DNA of 64,000 nucleotides, from assembly GCA_029261295.1 (NCBI GenBank), contig JAJDBP010000014.1, forward strand, positions 8,474 through 72,473, in the 5' to 3' direction. The stretch's first letter is position 1. Every line of letters starts with the position of its first letter. The notes below the pieces were generated by a model. It saw nothing but the letters and a program-made list of their open reading frames with translations, ran no database searches and was not told the DNA's origin. Position numbers and translations under genes: made by a program. The stretch comes from Nitrospirales bacterium (GTDB lineage Bacteria > Nitrospirota > Nitrospiria > Nitrospirales > UBA8639). Positions 1-10,401 of this stretch are shown here, piece after piece.

Positions 1-618
1 TGTCTATTAGATGAACTACGTAGTTGTGACGAACGTCACCAAGAAAAAACAGAAGTAAAGATAAGCCTTCTGAAAAGAAAGTCTTAAGATGGGATCATTC
101 CCTAAATTCATCCAACAAAAACAGGGAATAAATATAGGTAATTTTAGTTAATACATGTCAATTTAAAAGTTAATGTTATACATCATACTTGGAGGCTAAA
201 CGTAAAAAGAGACTTCCTTTCATTCCTATCATCCCTAGGCAAACTCTTATTGCGTAATTTTTGAAGTAGCACTTTAAGGTTGCAGCAAGCTCTTCTTCTC
301 CTTCCTTCATCTCCTCCAGAGCTGGAAAAACTCAGGGGTTAAGGAGCGGATTGAAAGAAAATTTCCAGATAAAACAGTGGCTTCACTCGGGTGCTCAAAC
401 ATCCAAAAATGTGGGTTTGCAAAGCACGGGATAACACCCCAACCATGCCTTCCTACATTAACTAGCCTTTAAGAAGAGAAAAGCTTGCCTCAGCAAAGAA
501 TGGACAGATGGCCCATTGGAGGTGATCGTAAAAGGCCAGAAAAGAAGATCCTTGATACACTCAATAAAAAGCCAACAAGAAAACACATACCCTAACTACA
601 TAAAAAGGCCTTAAGGTT

Positions 619-3348
619 TTGAGGAGAAACACTTTTATGAAAGATGTACTTCAAAAAAATAAAAGAGGTTTCTGGCTCTTAATTGTCATCCTGCTTCTAA
701 CTCCATTCGCCGTCGGAGCTGTAACTTCGCAAGAAGCTAGCATTGAATACCTTAAAGCGGTGATGGATGAATTTCATACTCGCTTTCCGGTCTATGTTGA
801 TGTCAGCTCACCCGGAAACCACTTTCATGCATGGACGAAGATTCCTAACCAATTCGCCACGGTAACTATTAATGGCTCCTCTACCAACACCCCACATGCT
901 GGGGCAACGGCCATACGATGTGAGTTTTTCGTGCCATCGGCAGCCGGATTTGGTGGGTTTTATTTCCAGAATGGGGTGATAACTGGCGACCAATTGTTTC
1001 CCACTCCAAACTTTGGTGAGATTCCTAACGCTGGATTTGATCTCACCGGTGCGACACAGCTCACTTTTTGGGCCCGAGGTAATGCAGGGGGGGAAACGAT
1101 TGAATTTTTTATGGGAGGATTGGGATGGAACCCCGAGACAGGAGAGCCCGAAGAGCCTAACCCAGATTCCGCCCCCGTTGAAAAAATTACGCTGAGTCTC
1201 ACTACCCAATGGACACAATATTCAATCGATCTCTCAAATCTAGATCTTAGTTATGTCCTAGGCGGCTTTGGGTGGGTAGCGAGTGCAGGCCCCAACCCAA
1301 ATGGAGTCGTGTTTTACCTGGATGATATCCAATATGAATTGAACGAAGAACGACAAGAACAACGCCTCAACGAACCCCGGTTCCTCAGAAGCTTTACCAC
1401 AGAACCCCTCCAACCAGAATTTATGAGTCCCGAGGACTTCGACTTCATTCTCCGTAACGTGGCGTTTTCTTATGACAACGCCACGGCCCTCCTCGCGTTC
1501 TTAGCAGATGCCACAGAGGATAGTCTCCGCCGAGCCAAACTTATCGGAGATGCGTTTGTATACGCTTCACAAAACGACCGAGATCCTGACTTTCGAATCG
1601 ACCACCGCATTCGCACAGCCTTTGCCGCCGGCGACATTTCATTGCCGCCAGGATGGGCACCGAATGGATTTCTAGGCACAGTTCCTGTATCAGGAGTCTT
1701 TGTTGAAGAGAGGCAAGAGTTCGTTGAAGTTCAACAGGACGATGTCGACGTAGGCAATAATACTTGGACGATGATGGCCTTAATTGCACTCTACCGAGCA
1801 ACGGGACAAAGTGAGTATCTAGAAACGGCTAAACAAATTGGAACGTTCATTCGCACGTTCAAGAATAACATCGGACAGTTTCAAGGATTTCAAGGTGGAT
1901 TGGAGTGGGAGAGTCCGGAAAACCCAATACTGGTTCGTCGTGCCTGGGCCAGTACTGAACACAATCTTGATATCTTTGCAGCATTCACAACTCTGTATCA
2001 AATTACACGAGACTCATCATGGAAAGTGGATGCAAACCATGCCCGTCTATTTATTGAACAGATGTTTAATTCGCAAACAGGATGTTTCTTCGCGGGGACC
2101 ACAAACCCAAACCTACGGAACGAGGCCAAGGGACAACTTCCTTTAGATACACATTCCTGGACCGTCCTATCCTTAACGGACTCCCTGGACCGTTACCCAG
2201 CGATCCTAAATTGCGCCGAACAAAATCATCGGACAAGTGACGAAGGATTTTCTGGCTTTGATTTTAATGATGACCGAGATGGCGTGTGGTTCGAGGGAAC
2301 AGCCCAAATGGCCCTCGCTTACCAAGTGGCCGGACAACCTTCACCAGCCGATACCTTGCGGCAAGAACTCAGCCGCGCACAAGAAACGCATTTCCCTGGT
2401 ATCGGGATTGGAAGCGGACTCGTCGCCGCCAGCCGAAATGGTGTTACCAGCGGATTCGACTTTCCATTGCTTCGCCGTCTGCATGTCGCGGCTACATCGT
2501 GGAATATTTTTGCCGAAACCATCTTCAATCCGTTTTACGACACCGCACAGGGCCCAACCGGGCGATTGATACTCCCCCCGACAGGATCAGAAATCTCACA
2601 ATCGACCCAAACCTTCCAATGGAACCCCGGACACCTGGTCACCGAATATTGGCTGAGTATTGGAACAAGTCAACAAATGGTTGCGAATGAGCCATGGGGT
2701 GATATTCATTCTCAATCCTATGGCCTCAACCTCTCGGCCCAAGTCTCAAATATTCCCCTCAATGGACAATCACTCGTTGTCAGGCTTTGGTCAAAAATTA
2801 ATGACGGATGGTTATTTGAAGACTACCGCTACACGACCCCAAGCCCTAACGCGTTTACGTTAGATATTGATGGAAATGGAGAAGCCGCTGTCATGGAAGA
2901 TGGGTTGGGAATAGTGCGTTATCTTTCCGGACTGAGGGGCGCAGAACTCACGACTGGAATCATTGATTCAATGGGCACTCGCACAACGGCCGAAGCCATT
3001 GTAGAGTATTTGAATCAAGCCAAACCGGTCATGCTCGATGTAGATGGCAATATGGAATTCACCGCAGAAGAAGACGGACAACTCATTTTACGATATCTGT
3101 TTCAGCTACGCGGCGATGCCCTTATACAGAATGTCATCGGACCCAACGCCACTCGAACGACAGCGGAAGCCATCGAAACCTTCCTCGCAGGCTTCATGTC
3201 TGGAGCGAGCACACAAAGTCATTCACTCCAAAATTCGATAACCCCTACGGATGAGGAACAACCAACATTGCGGCAACGGCACAAGAAAAAGGAACGACAA
3301 AGAAAAGAGCAACGGCCAGCGTCTAGGCATCACAAGGTTCGCCGATGA
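619..3348 (+). CDS. Exported multidomain protein. It has an N-terminal beta-sandwich (CBM-like) region, an (alpha/alpha)6-barrel-like region, two dockerin-like repeats, an S/T linker and a polybasic C-terminal tail.
   Basis: 909-aa ORF. The signal peptide is FWLLIVILLLTPFAVGAV. The probable true start is ATG 637, with GAGGAG at 621-626; TTG 619 is the most upstream start. Dockerin-like repeats are LDIDGNGEAAVMEDGLGIVRYLSGLRG and LDVDGNMEFTAEEDGQLILRYLFQLRG. The C-terminus is RQRHKKKERQRKEQRPASRHHKVRR. The central region (FSYDNATALLAF, GNNTWTMMALIALY, WASTEHNLDIFAAF) only loosely resembles glycosidase-type helical barrels. Confidence 0.8.
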   Translation: MRRNTFMKDVLQKNKRGFWLLIVILLLTPFAVGAVTSQEASIEYLKAVMDEFHTRFPVYVDVSSPGNHFHAWTKIPNQFATVTINGSSTNTPHAGATAIRCEFFVPSAAGFGGFYFQNGVITGDQLFPTPNFGEIPNAGFDLTGATQLTFWARGNAGGETIEFFMGGLGWNPETGEPEEPNPDSAPVEKITLSLTTQWTQYSIDLSNLDLSYVLGGFGWVASAGPNPNGVVFYLDDIQYELNEERQEQRLNEPRFLRSFTTEPLQPEFMSPEDFDFILRNVAFSYDNATALLAFLADATEDSLRRAKLIGDAFVYASQNDRDPDFRIDHRIRTAFAAGDISLPPGWAPNGFLGTVPVSGVFVEERQEFVEVQQDDVDVGNNTWTMMALIALYRATGQSEYLETAKQIGTFIRTFKNNIGQFQGFQGGLEWESPENPILVRRAWASTEHNLDIFAAFTTLYQITRDSSWKVDANHARLFIEQMFNSQTGCFFAGTTNPNLRNEAKGQLPLDTHSWTVLSLTDSLDRYPAILNCAEQNHRTSDEGFSGFDFNDDRDGVWFEGTAQMALAYQVAGQPSPADTLRQELSRAQETHFPGIGIGSGLVAASRNGVTSGFDFPLLRRLHVAATSWNIFAETIFNPFYDTAQGPTGRLILPPTGSEISQSTQTFQWNPGHLVTEYWLSIGTSQQMVANEPWGDIHSQSYGLNLSAQVSNIPLNGQSLVVRLWSKINDGWLFEDYRYTTPSPNAFTLDIDGNGEAAVMEDGLGIVRYLSGLRGAELTTGIIDSMGTRTTAEAIVEYLNQAKPVMLDVDGNMEFTAEEDGQLILRYLFQLRGDALIQNVIGPNATRTTAEAIETFLAGFMSGASTQSHSLQNSITPTDEEQPTLRQRHKKKERQRKEQRPASRHHKVRR

Positions 3349-3370
3349 AAGATCAGATTTAAGAAAGGTC

Positions 3371-6300
3371 TTAACGATTTTTCTTGGAGGACAAACCGCC
3401 AAGGACCACGCGGAGGAAACCTTCAACAAAATCATCGGGCAAGGTCATGGTGGTGACAGAAGTTGAATGCGCCAGAGACCCGGTTAGGGAAGCAGCCTCA
3501 AATATGTGTCGATCATTTCGTTTGCCTTTTGAAGAGAGATACAAATTAATAGACGTGTTCAGAGAAACATTGGTCGCAGCAAGTTCCACAGTGAAGATGC
3601 TGGAATCATCCAGATCGGAAACGGAAATCGGAATTCGCTTGGACCGGCCAGACTCGATAGCCTTCCCATTAATGGCGACCACCTGAACAAATGGACGTCT
3701 CTGTGATGTCGGTATACCTGCTTGGGTGTGAGGCGCAGATGGTACAAGAGGAGAAGATACCGTCACTTCACTTTCTTCCCCACGAAGAGGCGCACGGGAC
3801 CCTTTATTTTGATTGAGGCTGGCCTCTTGTTTCAATGCCTGAGGATCAGCTAAAGAAAGTGGGGATGATTCCACGGCAAACTGAACAAGAAATGGTTCAA
3901 TTTCATCTGCCGTCGTGCGGCAGCCTGAAGAGTCCACGACCCCCGTTGTCAGATCCGACCCTCGCAAACCGCTCAGAAATCTTGATATCAGCAGACCATC
4001 TGTCATGGGGTTTGCTTTCCCACTGCAATCCACATCCAGCATGACGAGTTTCAAAGGGTCGAGGTAAGACACCACAGCCTCAGAAGTCGTGCGGGTTCCA
4101 TTCACCAAATCCACCACACCATCAACAAGCGCATCCCCTCGTAACCCAAACAAATATCGCAAAATGACTTGACCATCAAAGGGTTCAGAAATCTCTCCAT
4201 TGCCATCCACATCCAAGAAAACTGGAAGTGGCCCGACCGAGGCTGTGAGGGCAACCGAACTTCCGAGAGGAACGCTTGTCCCATCAACAGGGATTTGAGA
4301 AATAACGAACCCTGCTGGAATGGACGCACTGATTTCTGGAGTCACACTAGAAATGGTTAACCCTTCTCCTAAGAGAGTTTGCCTAGCTAAAGCAAGCGGT
4401 TGGTCGATGACATTAGGGGCAAAAGCCAGCGGCGCGGCATTCGGATTAAAAATCATAATGTTATCTAACCAGACCTGACTGTCGACACTTCCCATGGTTT
4501 TTAGTCTAAACTCCAGTTCGACTGTCTGACCGGAAAAGGCTGAAATATCGATTGCATCGCTCGACTCAAGCATAGTGCTTAAATCTTCTGTCCCCAATAT
4601 AGTTGAGATAATGTTTCCATTAATCGAAGTAACAAATATGTCTCCATTGCCTTTTTGAGTAAAATGGAAATCAAATTGCAACCGGGAAAAATCTCCTGGT
4701 ATCACAATTTCAGTTCTAATTGCAGCATCCGATCCTTCTGTAAGCTGGACTACGCTATTAATCCCACTTCCATCGTCGACAACGTTTACCAATGCTTCAG
4801 TTATCCACCCTGGAAGCAGCGGTCTTATTAGTGGAATGCGACTGAAATCTTTTGACCACGCCCAAGGATCTAACCAGCGCTGCCCCATTTGCTTATTACC
4901 AACTAACTGACTCGCAACAAAAACAGGGCCTCGAGGCGCACCATCGCCATCCAAGAACGTTTCTTCACCATTGAGATCCTCAGCTCCCCAGTGGCCAGGA
5001 AAAATCAACCAATCTTTAACATTCCCCCCCTTGCTCTCTGGCCCCGCACCGACACGACGTAGATATTCAACAGATACCCCATTGGAAGAAACCACCGGCA
5101 GATCGCCACGATGAAACTCGATTTTTTCGAGGAACGGAAGCAAGCTTTTATCAGGCCACCTCGTCCGACCTCGCTCTTCGTAGCTCGCATGTCCTCCTAG
5201 CCCAACATAGACTCTGGTATGTGTAGCAATAAGATCAGCTTCTTTTCGTCGATCAACATTTGACCAGGGGATCGTGTCACCACCATCCCCAAAAGGACCA
5301 TCAAAGAAGGCCCCGGAAATTCGAACATGTTGGCCAAAAGCAATACGGTCAGGTTGCCAATTGATACCATCGAAGCTTAGAAATATCGTAATCCCTTCCC
5401 AGTCTCCTTCATGTTCATTGGCACCACCATACTCCTTCCAATTGCTTCGCGGGTAATGAAACCAATAGTTAATTGCCAACTCGTTGGCACCAGTCATCGG
5501 TGGAAAATCTCCAAAGTTTGTCTGGACTGACCCATAAATTTTTGCGGGTATTCCTGATGGCCTAAAAACGTCTAATGGGGACAGGTCAAGTTGTTGATTA
5601 TTGGCACCAGTGACTGCACCATCAAACACATCCTGTCTTGCGAATATTGTTTCGGCATCATAGGGTTGAGGAAATCTTTCAGTCCCAGGAATGACATTAA
5701 CGCCATCGTCAAAAACTAAAGTTGGGGTGAAACGAGCCACGAGTTCATTAAACCCAAGAACCAGCTTTTCTTCTCCATCGACAGTTAGGTTCATTGGGAA
5801 AATCACAGCGGGATTATTATCTGGAAGGTCGGCTACAAATAATGCCTTCAATTCTGCCTCGGATGCCTCAGATCTAAGCAACTCAAACTCAACGCTTTGG
5901 ACACTTCCCAAAGGCGGAACAATAAAACTGCTCACCTGAACCGTATAAAACCCTACATCTAACTTCCCAAGATTCGCTACGACTTCTCCTAAGAAATTTA
6001 TCCCTGTCACGTGCCTTGACTTCAATAGGGTGCCACCATCAATAGTAACATTCACCAATTCCGAGAGATCCCACGGAAGCGGAGCATCGAAAGCGACTCG
6101 CAATACATAATCACTTCCCTGGGATATTGGCAATGCCCAAGTCACATCAAATTGTGGATCACCAATAGTTGCCCACCATCGATCGATACAGGACAACCCT
6201 TGGTTGAATATCTTACTATCAACGATAGAAACAGTGGCTTTACTTGCGGAAATGACAGTCTCATTTCCGATCATGGCCAAACTCAATTGAACCGATTCAC

Positions 6301-9250
6301 TGCATTCAAAATCCATATCTTCAAGAGCTTCTATATTGACCTGAGCGGAAAACTTGCCGGACTCAATAGTGACGGTACCCGCGAGGGTCTCGAAGTCATT
6401 TTCATTTGCCGAGCCCTCTATAGAATATTCGACGACTAATGGCTCATCAACTGAACCAGACCTGGTAATCGTAAACTCCCCGAGGTGATCGGAATCTCCC
6501 TCCACAGCAATAGGTTTGGTCGCCTCAATTGTAACCATCTGCGCTCGAACTATTGCCTGGCTCTGGGCATTCGTTTTGACCCAGAAAGCGACCTCCCCAC
6601 GATTGTTCACCGGATCGTAGAGCTTGATCGAGTCTATCTGACCGGGCAAATCAACAATCGTCTGCCCCTCTTCAATGACACGATTTGGTTCATCACTCGT
6701 TGGCAAAGCAGGCTCGGTTAGGTCAACCGTGACTGCGTAAAGGCCAAGCAGGTCATCTGAACTTGGTCCACCAAGCCCCCGTTTGGCAAGAAAGACCACA
6801 GAAAAATTGTCAGGGGATGTTCCCACTGAATGGTTGACACCCACACGGGAATTTAAGTCGAACGCGCTTAGGCCAAATTCCCCACCGGCTATTTTGGTGG
6901 GTGTCGTATAGGTTACGGTTGTGGGTGTTTCCTGTTTTTTCGCAGACACGAAAATTCCAACGCCTTGCGTGTTATGTGCGGCTACAAAGGCAATGAGATT
7001 CCCATCATCACTAATGCCGGGTCGTTGGCCAATCGCACTGAAATCGTTGGTGGTTGAAGCCACAAAGATTGCTGTATTAAGCATTTCGTCCACGAACAGA
7101 GTGAGCGGCGCGCTAGGTTGGGCACCTCCCCTCACAATGGTTTGACCCTCATCCGTGATCATCGGAAAAAATTCAGGGAATCCACTTAGTGCTGCAGAAA
7201 AATTAAAATCACTGGCCAAATCATGACCCCCTGTCTCAGTATCGAGGGGTGTACTCAAAACAGTGGCAGCAAGATTGTCTTTTAGAATTCCACTAAACAC
7301 GACACGACTCTGGCTCCCAACCCTATTGTTGAGCGTAACACCAAGCCGCAAAGCCTCGGCAAGAATGGGAGATGCTGAAAACGGGCTTGTGGACTCCAAC
7401 TCGGGGAAATCTATTCTTGGAAAGAAATTTTTTGCCACAAGTTTAAAATCGTTACTTGTTGTACCTAACCGAAGGATAAAGGAAAACAAGCCGTCATGAG
7501 CCTGCGCACGCCATACCACTTGCTCTTGATTATTAATCTGAACAAAATCCCCAAAAGAAAAAGCAGTGTCCAAGGAATTTATCTGTGCAACAGCGTTATA
7601 GAAAAAGCTATTTACCAAACCAGTTCTTTTCTCCACAGTTTTGCCGTCTCCAATAAATACTCCCTCCTGTGCAGTGTTTGGGCCTTGTTCCGGCGGTTGA
7701 ACACGTGCAATGAACGCAACCTTACCGGAATCGTTAATGGAGGGTCCTGTCCCGAGGTTAGCAATGGTTCCAACGCCAAACGAAGTGTCAGTTTGTGAGA
7801 TGACCTCAAAGCCATAGGGAGTGATGCTAGTGTCAGCAGCACTTTGTACCGCCACATCTCCTACAGGCATCACCTTGGTTGTACCCGACAATAAACCTTG
7901 TGGAACTCCAGATGAAAACTTGCTATCAGCCTGCAAACCAAACTGTTCTTGGAGATCTTGGCTCTTCTCACTGTCGGAACCATCATTAGAATCTAAAGAA
8001 TCGGATCCCCCTACTACTACCTTGACTGTCGTTGGCTTGCTGCCTACCAAACCATCAGAAACTATCAACTGTGGGATATAGATTCCCGGCTCATCTGGCA
8101 CAAGCACAGATTCTCCGCGCTTAATTTCTTTTATCGTGGCATTGCTGTCGTCAGGTCGATTAATGAGCGACCATCGGTAACTGAGTTGATCTCCATCTTG
8201 ATCCAGTGATCGACTCGCATTCAGTGTAATGGTCTCGCCTACCGAGCCGGTCTGATCAGTGCCGGCATCGGCTATCGGCCTAGAATTAGTTGTGCTGATA
8301 ACGACTTGACTTGGTTCGCTGTTGATCGTGCCATCGTTGACAATAAGCTGCGCAACATAGGTTCCGGGCTGATCGATAGCAAGATTTGGATTAGATACGA
8401 AACGATCGGACAACTCCGCAACACTGTCCGGTGGAACGGCGACCAGTGACCAAACGTACGTGAGGCGCGTATTCTTGTTAGCGTCGAATGATTGGCTCCC
8501 ATCTAGAACAATAAGATCTCCGACCGCTGCAGTTTGGTCCCTGCCAGCGTTTGCCATTGGTCGACTATTTTCCGTGGTGATTGTCACCGTCGAGGACTGA
8601 CTATCCGTCACTCCATCGTTAACGATGAGTTGAGCTATATAGGTCCCCAGCTGATCCACCTCGAACTGGGGCGTGACTGCGGAGGGATCCGAAAGGTAGG
8701 CAGTACTGCCCTCTGGCACCATGGTGAAGGACCAGATAAATCTTAGCCTATCCCCATTTACATCACCCGACCCACTGCTATCAAGAACGACCGTCTCTCC
8801 TACAAAGGTCTTTTGATCTTGACCAGCATTGGCCACCGGTGCACTGTTTCCGGTCGTGACCACGACCATATCGGGAACACTATTGGTCCTTCCATCGTTG
8901 ACAATCAGTTGTGCGATATAGATTCCTGGCTCATCAATGTCAAAGCTGGGCATGACCGATGTAGGATTCCTAAGAGCCGCAACACTTCTCTCTGGTTTGG
9001 TCACCATGGTCCATGTGAAGGTTAGGCGATCCCCATTCATATCACTTGAGCCACGGCCATCCAGGATCATCGTCTCTCCAACCGCACCCGTCTGTGCTAC
9101 CCCCGCATTCGCCTGGGGAGCAACCTGAGATTGTCCTCGTAGAACCGAGGGTCCAAAGGCCGGTAAGGGGACGAGACTGCCTGTTAGGACGATAAGTAGG
9201 ACGGCTAGTATTGCCAGGGCAGGTATTAAACGAGAGAATTTATTCCACAT
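3371..9250 (-). CDS. Giant exported protein. Domain order is 4x PKD-like repeats, Calx-beta-like, Vps62/DUF946-like, PASTA-like, 2x dockerin-like repeats, and a C-terminal extension.
   Basis: 1959-aa ORF with an N-terminal signal/TM segment LIPALAILAVLLIVLTG. The PKD-type repeats follow ANAG.DQ....G..V.LDGS.S.D..GD.L.Y.W, ending in AQLIVNDG. The Calx-like segment is GEFTITRSGSVDEPLVVEYSIEGSANENDFETLAGTVTIESG. The Vps62 motif is INYWFHYPRSNWKEYGGANEHEGDWEGITIFL. The PASTA-like segment is LALARQTLLGEGLTISSVTPE...GTSVPLGSSVALTAS. The dockerin-like pair is FLDVDGNGEISEPFDGQVILRYLFGLRG and LDVDCSGKANPMTDGLLISRFLSGLRG. Confidence 0.85.
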   Translation of the reverse strand: MWNKFSRLIPALAILAVLLIVLTGSLVPLPAFGPSVLRGQSQVAPQANAGVAQTGAVGETMILDGRGSSDMNGDRLTFTWTMVTKPERSVAALRNPTSVMPSFDIDEPGIYIAQLIVNDGRTNSVPDMVVVTTGNSAPVANAGQDQKTFVGETVVLDSSGSGDVNGDRLRFIWSFTMVPEGSTAYLSDPSAVTPQFEVDQLGTYIAQLIVNDGVTDSQSSTVTITTENSRPMANAGRDQTAAVGDLIVLDGSQSFDANKNTRLTYVWSLVAVPPDSVAELSDRFVSNPNLAIDQPGTYVAQLIVNDGTINSEPSQVVISTTNSRPIADAGTDQTGSVGETITLNASRSLDQDGDQLSYRWSLINRPDDSNATIKEIKRGESVLVPDEPGIYIPQLIVSDGLVGSKPTTVKVVVGGSDSLDSNDGSDSEKSQDLQEQFGLQADSKFSSGVPQGLLSGTTKVMPVGDVAVQSAADTSITPYGFEVISQTDTSFGVGTIANLGTGPSINDSGKVAFIARVQPPEQGPNTAQEGVFIGDGKTVEKRTGLVNSFFYNAVAQINSLDTAFSFGDFVQINNQEQVVWRAQAHDGLFSFILRLGTTSNDFKLVAKNFFPRIDFPELESTSPFSASPILAEALRLGVTLNNRVGSQSRVVFSGILKDNLAATVLSTPLDTETGGHDLASDFNFSAALSGFPEFFPMITDEGQTIVRGGAQPSAPLTLFVDEMLNTAIFVASTTNDFSAIGQRPGISDDGNLIAFVAAHNTQGVGIFVSAKKQETPTTVTYTTPTKIAGGEFGLSAFDLNSRVGVNHSVGTSPDNFSVVFLAKRGLGGPSSDDLLGLYAVTVDLTEPALPTSDEPNRVIEEGQTIVDLPGQIDSIKLYDPVNNRGEVAFWVKTNAQSQAIVRAQMVTIEATKPIAVEGDSDHLGEFTITRSGSVDEPLVVEYSIEGSANENDFETLAGTVTIESGKFSAQVNIEALEDMDFECSESVQLSLAMIGNETVISASKATVSIVDSKIFNQGLSCIDRWWATIGDPQFDVTWALPISQGSDYVLRVAFDAPLPWDLSELVNVTIDGGTLLKSRHVTGINFLGEVVANLGKLDVGFYTVQVSSFIVPPLGSVQSVEFELLRSEASEAELKALFVADLPDNNPAVIFPMNLTVDGEEKLVLGFNELVARFTPTLVFDDGVNVIPGTERFPQPYDAETIFARQDVFDGAVTGANNQQLDLSPLDVFRPSGIPAKIYGSVQTNFGDFPPMTGANELAINYWFHYPRSNWKEYGGANEHEGDWEGITIFLSFDGINWQPDRIAFGQHVRISGAFFDGPFGDGGDTIPWSNVDRRKEADLIATHTRVYVGLGGHASYEERGRTRWPDKSLLPFLEKIEFHRGDLPVVSSNGVSVEYLRRVGAGPESKGGNVKDWLIFPGHWGAEDLNGEETFLDGDGAPRGPVFVASQLVGNKQMGQRWLDPWAWSKDFSRIPLIRPLLPGWITEALVNVVDDGSGINSVVQLTEGSDAAIRTEIVIPGDFSRLQFDFHFTQKGNGDIFVTSINGNIISTILGTEDLSTMLESSDAIDISAFSGQTVELEFRLKTMGSVDSQVWLDNIMIFNPNAAPLAFAPNVIDQPLALARQTLLGEGLTISSVTPEISASIPAGFVISQIPVDGTSVPLGSSVALTASVGPLPVFLDVDGNGEISEPFDGQVILRYLFGLRGDALVDGVVDLVNGTRTTSEAVVSYLDPLKLVMLDVDCSGKANPMTDGLLISRFLSGLRGSDLTTGVVDSSGCRTTADEIEPFLVQFAVESSPLSLADPQALKQEASLNQNKGSRAPLRGEESEVTVSSPLVPSAPHTQAGIPTSQRRPFVQVVAINGKAIESGRSKRIPISVSDLDDSSIFTVELAATNVSLNTSINLYLSSKGKRNDRHIFEAASLTGSLAHSTSVTTMTLPDDFVEGFLRVVLGGLSSKKNR
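8005..9115 (-). repeat. Four tandem ~92-aa PKD-like domain repeats inside CDS 3371..9250. Boundaries are approximate.
   Basis: The repeat block ANAG(V/Q/R/T)(A/D)Q...VGE..(I/V)LD...S.D..GD.L...W......S.A.L......P.F..D..G.Y.AQLIVNDG recurs four times. The periodicity is also visible as similar antisense shadow ORFs 8534..8746 and 8813..9025. Confidence 0.8.
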
Positions 9251-9612
9251 TTGAATTGACTTGCCTTACCTTAACAGCCTTGTGAATGGTGATGGCTTCT
9301 TCATGAATCTGGATTTTTCAATCATCTGATAGGCTTTTGTTTTGATGGGGGAGCCTGCCACAACCCTTATAAAAAGACAATCCATTTCCCCTATCCTCTG
9401 TGATGCAGGAAGGTGGAAGGAGATAATCATTTTTCAATTTGGGCCTAGGCAGACCATCTCACTAGAAAGAATGGGACTCAAAAGCATGATACGTCTCCCC
9501 TTCATTGAACCGTTGAGCTCTTCCATTTCCAACCCATCAGGCCGAGTAAGCCCGAACCTAATAAAAGAATGGTGGAGGGCTCTGGAATAGGGTTTTGCGT
9601 CAGATTCGAGTT

Positions 9613-10140
9613 TTATAAAATATATGATTGAGGACTGAGGCTATGCCCCGAGGGAATATCATTCCAGGCCACTTGTCGGGCCGCGGCAAATTCCGCATAG
9701 GAAATATGATTGCCATTTCCAAAGGGGGCGGTTGGACCCCAATCAGCAAAACCAAAGGGCTCCCCCGTCACCCATGCCCAATCATTACTGGCATTGGTGG
9801 AAGATGAGCCCCCCAACCAAGGTCCTGAGGATATTCGCCCAAGGGGAAAAGGGAATAGACAACAGTTGAAAAAGCTCGTATTGCTTGCAAAAAGACTTTC
9901 GATAAAATTATTTTCGCCTGACGATGTTACCGTGGCTAAATGCCACCCCGGCCCCTTCGCCACAGCAGCGGCTTGAGCATCTTCCCATGTGATGGCATTC
10001 CCTACTAAGACCGCTTCGAAAAGGTGTCCATTTCCACCATCAATAGCCTTCCATTCCACAGGGACGGCATGACTGAGCGAAATGAAAAATGGACATACTA
10101 CCCAGAGCCCAAGCACCAATAATTGTTGAAGTGTTTTCAT
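9613..10140 (-). CDS. Secreted C-type lectin-like domain protein
   Basis: 175-aa ORF starting at ATG, preceded by AAGGAAA. The signal peptide is LLVLGLWVVCPFFISLSHA. CTLD-like landmarks are WEDAQAAAVAKGPGWHLATVTSSGENNFI, GPWLGG, DWAWVTGEPFGFADW and VAWND. Confidence 0.7.
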   Translation of the reverse strand: MKTLQQLLVLGLWVVCPFFISLSHAVPVEWKAIDGGNGHLFEAVLVGNAITWEDAQAAAVAKGPGWHLATVTSSGENNFIESLFASNTSFFNCCLFPFPLGRISSGPWLGGSSSTNASNDWAWVTGEPFGFADWGPTAPFGNGNHISYAEFAAARQVAWNDIPSGHSLSPQSYIL

Positions 10141-10401
10141 TGTAATTTCCTTTTTCAGAAGTGTTAATGAAATGGGATTCTTTGAACCTCTTTCCTAAAA
10201 AGATTACCCACCCAAAAATAGATTTTTAAAAATCCTTACATACTCAATATCATTCGTTTGCTTAAACAGGGTGTATTTACATACTCCAGAGAAAAAAATG
10301 ATTCTAATGATGGCGATAGCAATAACCAGACCTTAGAAAACCACTAGCTTTGGTAAATTCATTGAATCTTCAATGGGACTATTTTCACCCAACTCATTAA
10401 T

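Noticed and set aside
1-618. An AT-rich left edge with a short palindrome (GTGACGAACGTCAC at ~26-39) and a 44-aa minus-strand ORF (about 200-335) preceded by GGAGGAG.
   Set aside because: The palindrome is short and isolated. The SD of the mini-ORF abuts the ATG with almost no spacer, and the peptide has no recognisable features. I treat this as the promoter or leader region of 619..3348.
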